A stretch of DNA of 64,000 bases from Negaprion brevirostris (Eukaryota): assembly GCA_030324005.1 (NCBI GenBank), contig JARDVH010000099.1, positions 63,736,167 to 63,800,166 on the forward strand. The letters run 5' to 3'. A program made the position numbers and the translations under genes. Below are positions 60,661 to 64,000 of the stretch, piece by piece. Under the pieces are notes generated by a model. That model saw nothing but the letters and a program-made list of their open reading frames with translations, did not search any database and was not told the DNA's origin. How positions within the stretch are numbered: the stretch's first letter is position 1; the number at the start of each line of letters is the position of its first letter.

Positions 60661-61697
60661 AAAAGGCACACCTTTTTCCCCCCATCCCCATTGTTTCTAA
60701 AGTTTCTGTTTGTCTGCGAATGTTCAGAATTAAGTTGGAGGTGTACTGATTTCAGGAACATGCTGGCCATATTTGCTTTTGCAAAGTGGTTCTTAAGACT
60801 TGATTTATTAAATATTTAGTGCTACTTAAATTTTCAACTGTGTTGTGAATGGAGAACGTTACATTAGGTAAACGATCCATTTTTTCTAATTTTGTGGGTG
60901 GGTGAATATTGGGCTACTTTTATTGCTGTTGTCAATTTCTGTTCACAGTTGGGAAAATACAGTAATTCATTCTCAGTTGGGTGATCCATTGCAGGTGGTA
61001 GCCTATTCAATAATCATAGTGCCATTACCAGTCAGCACGTGTTGCGGTGTCAACCAACTAGATTGTATTGATGGCTACTACCTCTTGCCCTCTGGCTTCA
61101 AAATCTTATTTAAAGAAAATTGTGCTGAACTTACCACTGTAAGGAGTAAATGAAATTAAAATGAAAACTCAGGCAATTAAAGCATTGCTTAGTGAAACTA
61201 TTGCAAGTGGAATAGGATTCAATTCTACAGGATTTTTGAGGAGGGAGTTGGGACTATACAGTGCCATATGGTTTATGCCTAGGGTTTATCAGCATTAAAT
61301 TCCCCAGTGTCCTTTCAGTTTTATTGGAGGTAGTCGGGCTAGGTCCTTCTCTACAGTGAGAAAAAAATGGGATTGAGAAATGTGCTGTCCAATGCCAAAT
61401 CAGGAGTATGATTGCAGAAAACCTTGTGAACTTGTTGCTGGTTTCTCTTGGTAATAGGGCATGTCACTAAAAAGGAAAAAGAAACATAATTTTTCTGAAT
61501 TGGGTAGTTTAGTAGTGAAGTATTTGATATTCCAATTGCCCTAACCTTGCTTTTACACACATGTAATGTGCATGAATTTCATGAGCAAAATTTTGTATCT
61601 CAGTAAGTCAAACATGTTTTAAAATATTGCTTTCATTTGACTTGCTATGGAAGTAATGTTCTAATATATTACTGAAGTGTTTTGTTTTCTGTTTCAG

Positions 61698-61822
61698 GGG
61701 GAATCTACCTGCTGCACTAGATGCAATTATTGATTGTCACAAGAAATATGGCCAGATGCCCAGGCTTCATGATGTTTTGTGCAAGTTGGTCGAGCAGGGA
61801 GACACTGATCTCTTACAGAAAG
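61698..61822 (+). CDS. LRPPRC: LRPPRC coding exon (exon 24 equivalent)
   Basis: tttcag|GGGG...AAAG|gtaatt; (Q)[41 protein letters not shown]; 125 nt. Confidence 0.97.
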
Positions 61823-63460
61823 GTAATTGATGGAGGATATACTCTGAATGCAAACCAAAATATGTATTTTTTTGTATTCTCACCAGATTCCCCCTCTTCT
61901 CATTCCAATTGAATTTGTATCATAAACACCCAAATTATTCCGTGTCCTTCAAAAGAAAACCTGCGGAATATTGCCTGTGAGAAATTATTAGATTAATTTT
62001 GATTTGAGTTTACTGTACATTAGTCTGGAAACTGACTTCAGTAGTGTTAATTTATGAATTCATACCTGGGATAAAGCTTTCCATACTATATTTGCAACTT
62101 TGTGATGGGTAAATAGAAAATTATTTTGTAGTCACAATTGTATAGAATGTTTCTTGATACTTGTTTTAAATGTAAAGTACTTTACCCTCAATATCCTTTT
62201 AGCTTTTTCTTGTTTTAGTTTCGTCTTCCAATATTTTAATGTTGTCTCCCACTTGTAAGTAGGAGAATAATGAGATCTCTCATGCCCGTTTTTGCTGCTG
62301 TGTAACTGATGCAGTGGCAGCTGTGTAAACTTGTCTGATGTTGAATGTTATTTCTTCAAATTTGTTTTCTGCCATGTTTCATTTATCTGGTGAATTTGTT
62401 GCTTCTCAAGATTGTTTCAGTGTGGGGCCTCAGGTTTCTGTGACAGAAAATTTTTCTTCATCTTAAATCAGTACCAGGAAGTGTCCAGCTGCTGCTATAT
62501 TATCTGAAAGACATTTGTGAACAGTTTCTAATAGAACTGAGAAGTCTCACATTGGAACTAAAAAAACCTAGAAATTGGATGTGCTAGACATCACGTCAGT
62601 ATCACAAAGAAAGAAGATTCACATCTTAGCAAATATTTTGGGAACATCAAAGTGCTTAATTTTCAAAGCACTTAAGTGCAGTGACTACTCTGTCAGAAAA
62701 AGGCTCATATTTTGGGTGAAAACCTGAAGATTATTTGCAATATCGAATTATTTAGTGAGAATGCAAACAGCTCAATGGGGAAATTCAGTTGGAGTCGCAG
62801 TACTTTGAAGGCTAATGGCTTTATTTATGGGGAGCAGCTAAGAAGGTTGAATTTGTTATTGGAAAAGTGGAGAATCTGAGGTGACCTAAATAATAGTTTT
62901 CAAAATAATGGAAATTGAGGATTAATCCTGACAAATTATTCCCCCAACCAAAGCTAGGGGATAATTGACATATGCAACACACAATTGCGGGAGCTATTAA
63001 TTTTTGGGACCAACCAGAGTCTTTTCCATTCCTGTGATGCTTGTGTTTTAATCCTGTGGAATATGTAACTGGGGAAGACTACCGAAATAGGTTGTGTAGA
63101 TGGATCTGGATGCCATTAAACATGATCCTGCAGAGAAAGTGAGGATGATGGATGAAAAAGGAGTTGAGTCGGCTTGTTAGGACAAAGCATATTTTCCCAC
63201 TCCTGTAATTTCCATTCTTAAAAGGACCCCCCCCCATCGCAATATCTACGTTGTGATTGTCCAAAAGTTGTGTCGAATTATATTTTTCTTCTTTTCTGGC
63301 ACTCTCTCAAACAGAGATGATAGGTGGAAGCTTATGAATTGTGCCATACGTAAAATGTGGCATTTTGATGGCATTGTTGGAATGAAACGTGATAAAGATT
63401 TGATTTTAGTTTTAACTATTGTTGAATACATGGTTTTAACATTTTCTCTTGTGCCTGCAG

Positions 63461-63567
63461 CTATGGATTTTGTAAACCAGGAGCGAGGTGAAATGACAAT
63501 GCTGTATGACCTTTTTTTCGCTTTTCTTCAGAGTGGGAAATACAAAGAGGCCAGAAAAATTATCGAG
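63461..63567 (+). CDS. LRPPRC: LRPPRC coding exon (exon 25 equivalent); gene continues beyond window
   Basis: ctgcag|CT...GAG|gtgaga; (A)[35 protein letters not shown]; 107 nt. Confidence 0.97.
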
Positions 63568-64000
63568 GTGAGACTTCATCCTATTATGCTGTTCACACAA
63601 CCATTTTAGTTTGAACAATGAGCGTCAATTAATATTCTGAACCTAAAATGAGTATTAGTCTAATTCTGACTGATGCAATTTAGTCCACAAATTGAATAAT
63701 GTTAACCTTATTAGCGGTGATAAGTATAGAATTTCTTTTGATGTCTGCATGGTACTGCAATAAGAATTATAGCCATTGTTTTTGATATATGTTATTCAAA
63801 TTTAAATATTTTTCTAACTCCGCTTGATTGAGTTGTTCCTTTTATGCCAAATATTATGTTTGCATTTTAAACTTGTGATTGTGGAACAATTAAATTAAAC
63901 TGCCAGTCCTGGGTGTATAAAGTTCTTAATCCCCTTTACTGATCAATTCTTTTGTTGTGCTTAAAAGCAGTGGAATTTAATTTGCTGCAGACAGTGGGTG

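Noticed and set aside
1-64000. CRISPR arrays, operons, prokaryotic defence or phage systems, rRNA
   Set aside because: No regularly spaced repeats or dense ORFs; the window is a spliced vertebrate gene with transposon-rich introns.

Overview
Eukaryotic, AT-rich, gapped draft genomic DNA from a cartilaginous fish. The shark assignment is inferred from HE1-type V-SINEs, CR1/L2/RTE LINEs and Penelope-like repeats. The whole window lies inside one + strand gene, LRPPRC (mitochondrial leucine-rich PPR protein). I read 17 consecutive GT-AG exons (equivalent to human exons 9-25 as I recall them). They splice in one open frame of 1754 nt (about 585 aa), from DAMNLCLSL to YKEARKIIE. The introns hold many decayed transposons, including nested insertions with readable target-site duplications: Gypsy, Gmr1-like, Copia, CR1, L2, RTE, Harbinger-type MITEs, SINEs and Penelope-like fragments. 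They also hold several repeat-free, motif-dense blocks that look like conserved enhancers. Best leads: (1) a near-invariant coding exon with a perfect PBX/MEIS decamer (candidate exonic enhancer); (2) a minimal hammerhead ribozyme with a palindromic stem III in a Penelope-like terminal repeat, plus decayed relatives; (3) a CR1-like LINE with a tRNA-derived SINE head and its internally deleted SINE derivative. No prokaryotic systems, CRISPR arrays, rRNA or true tRNA genes were seen. Repeat boundaries are approximate unless a TSD or TIR is quoted.
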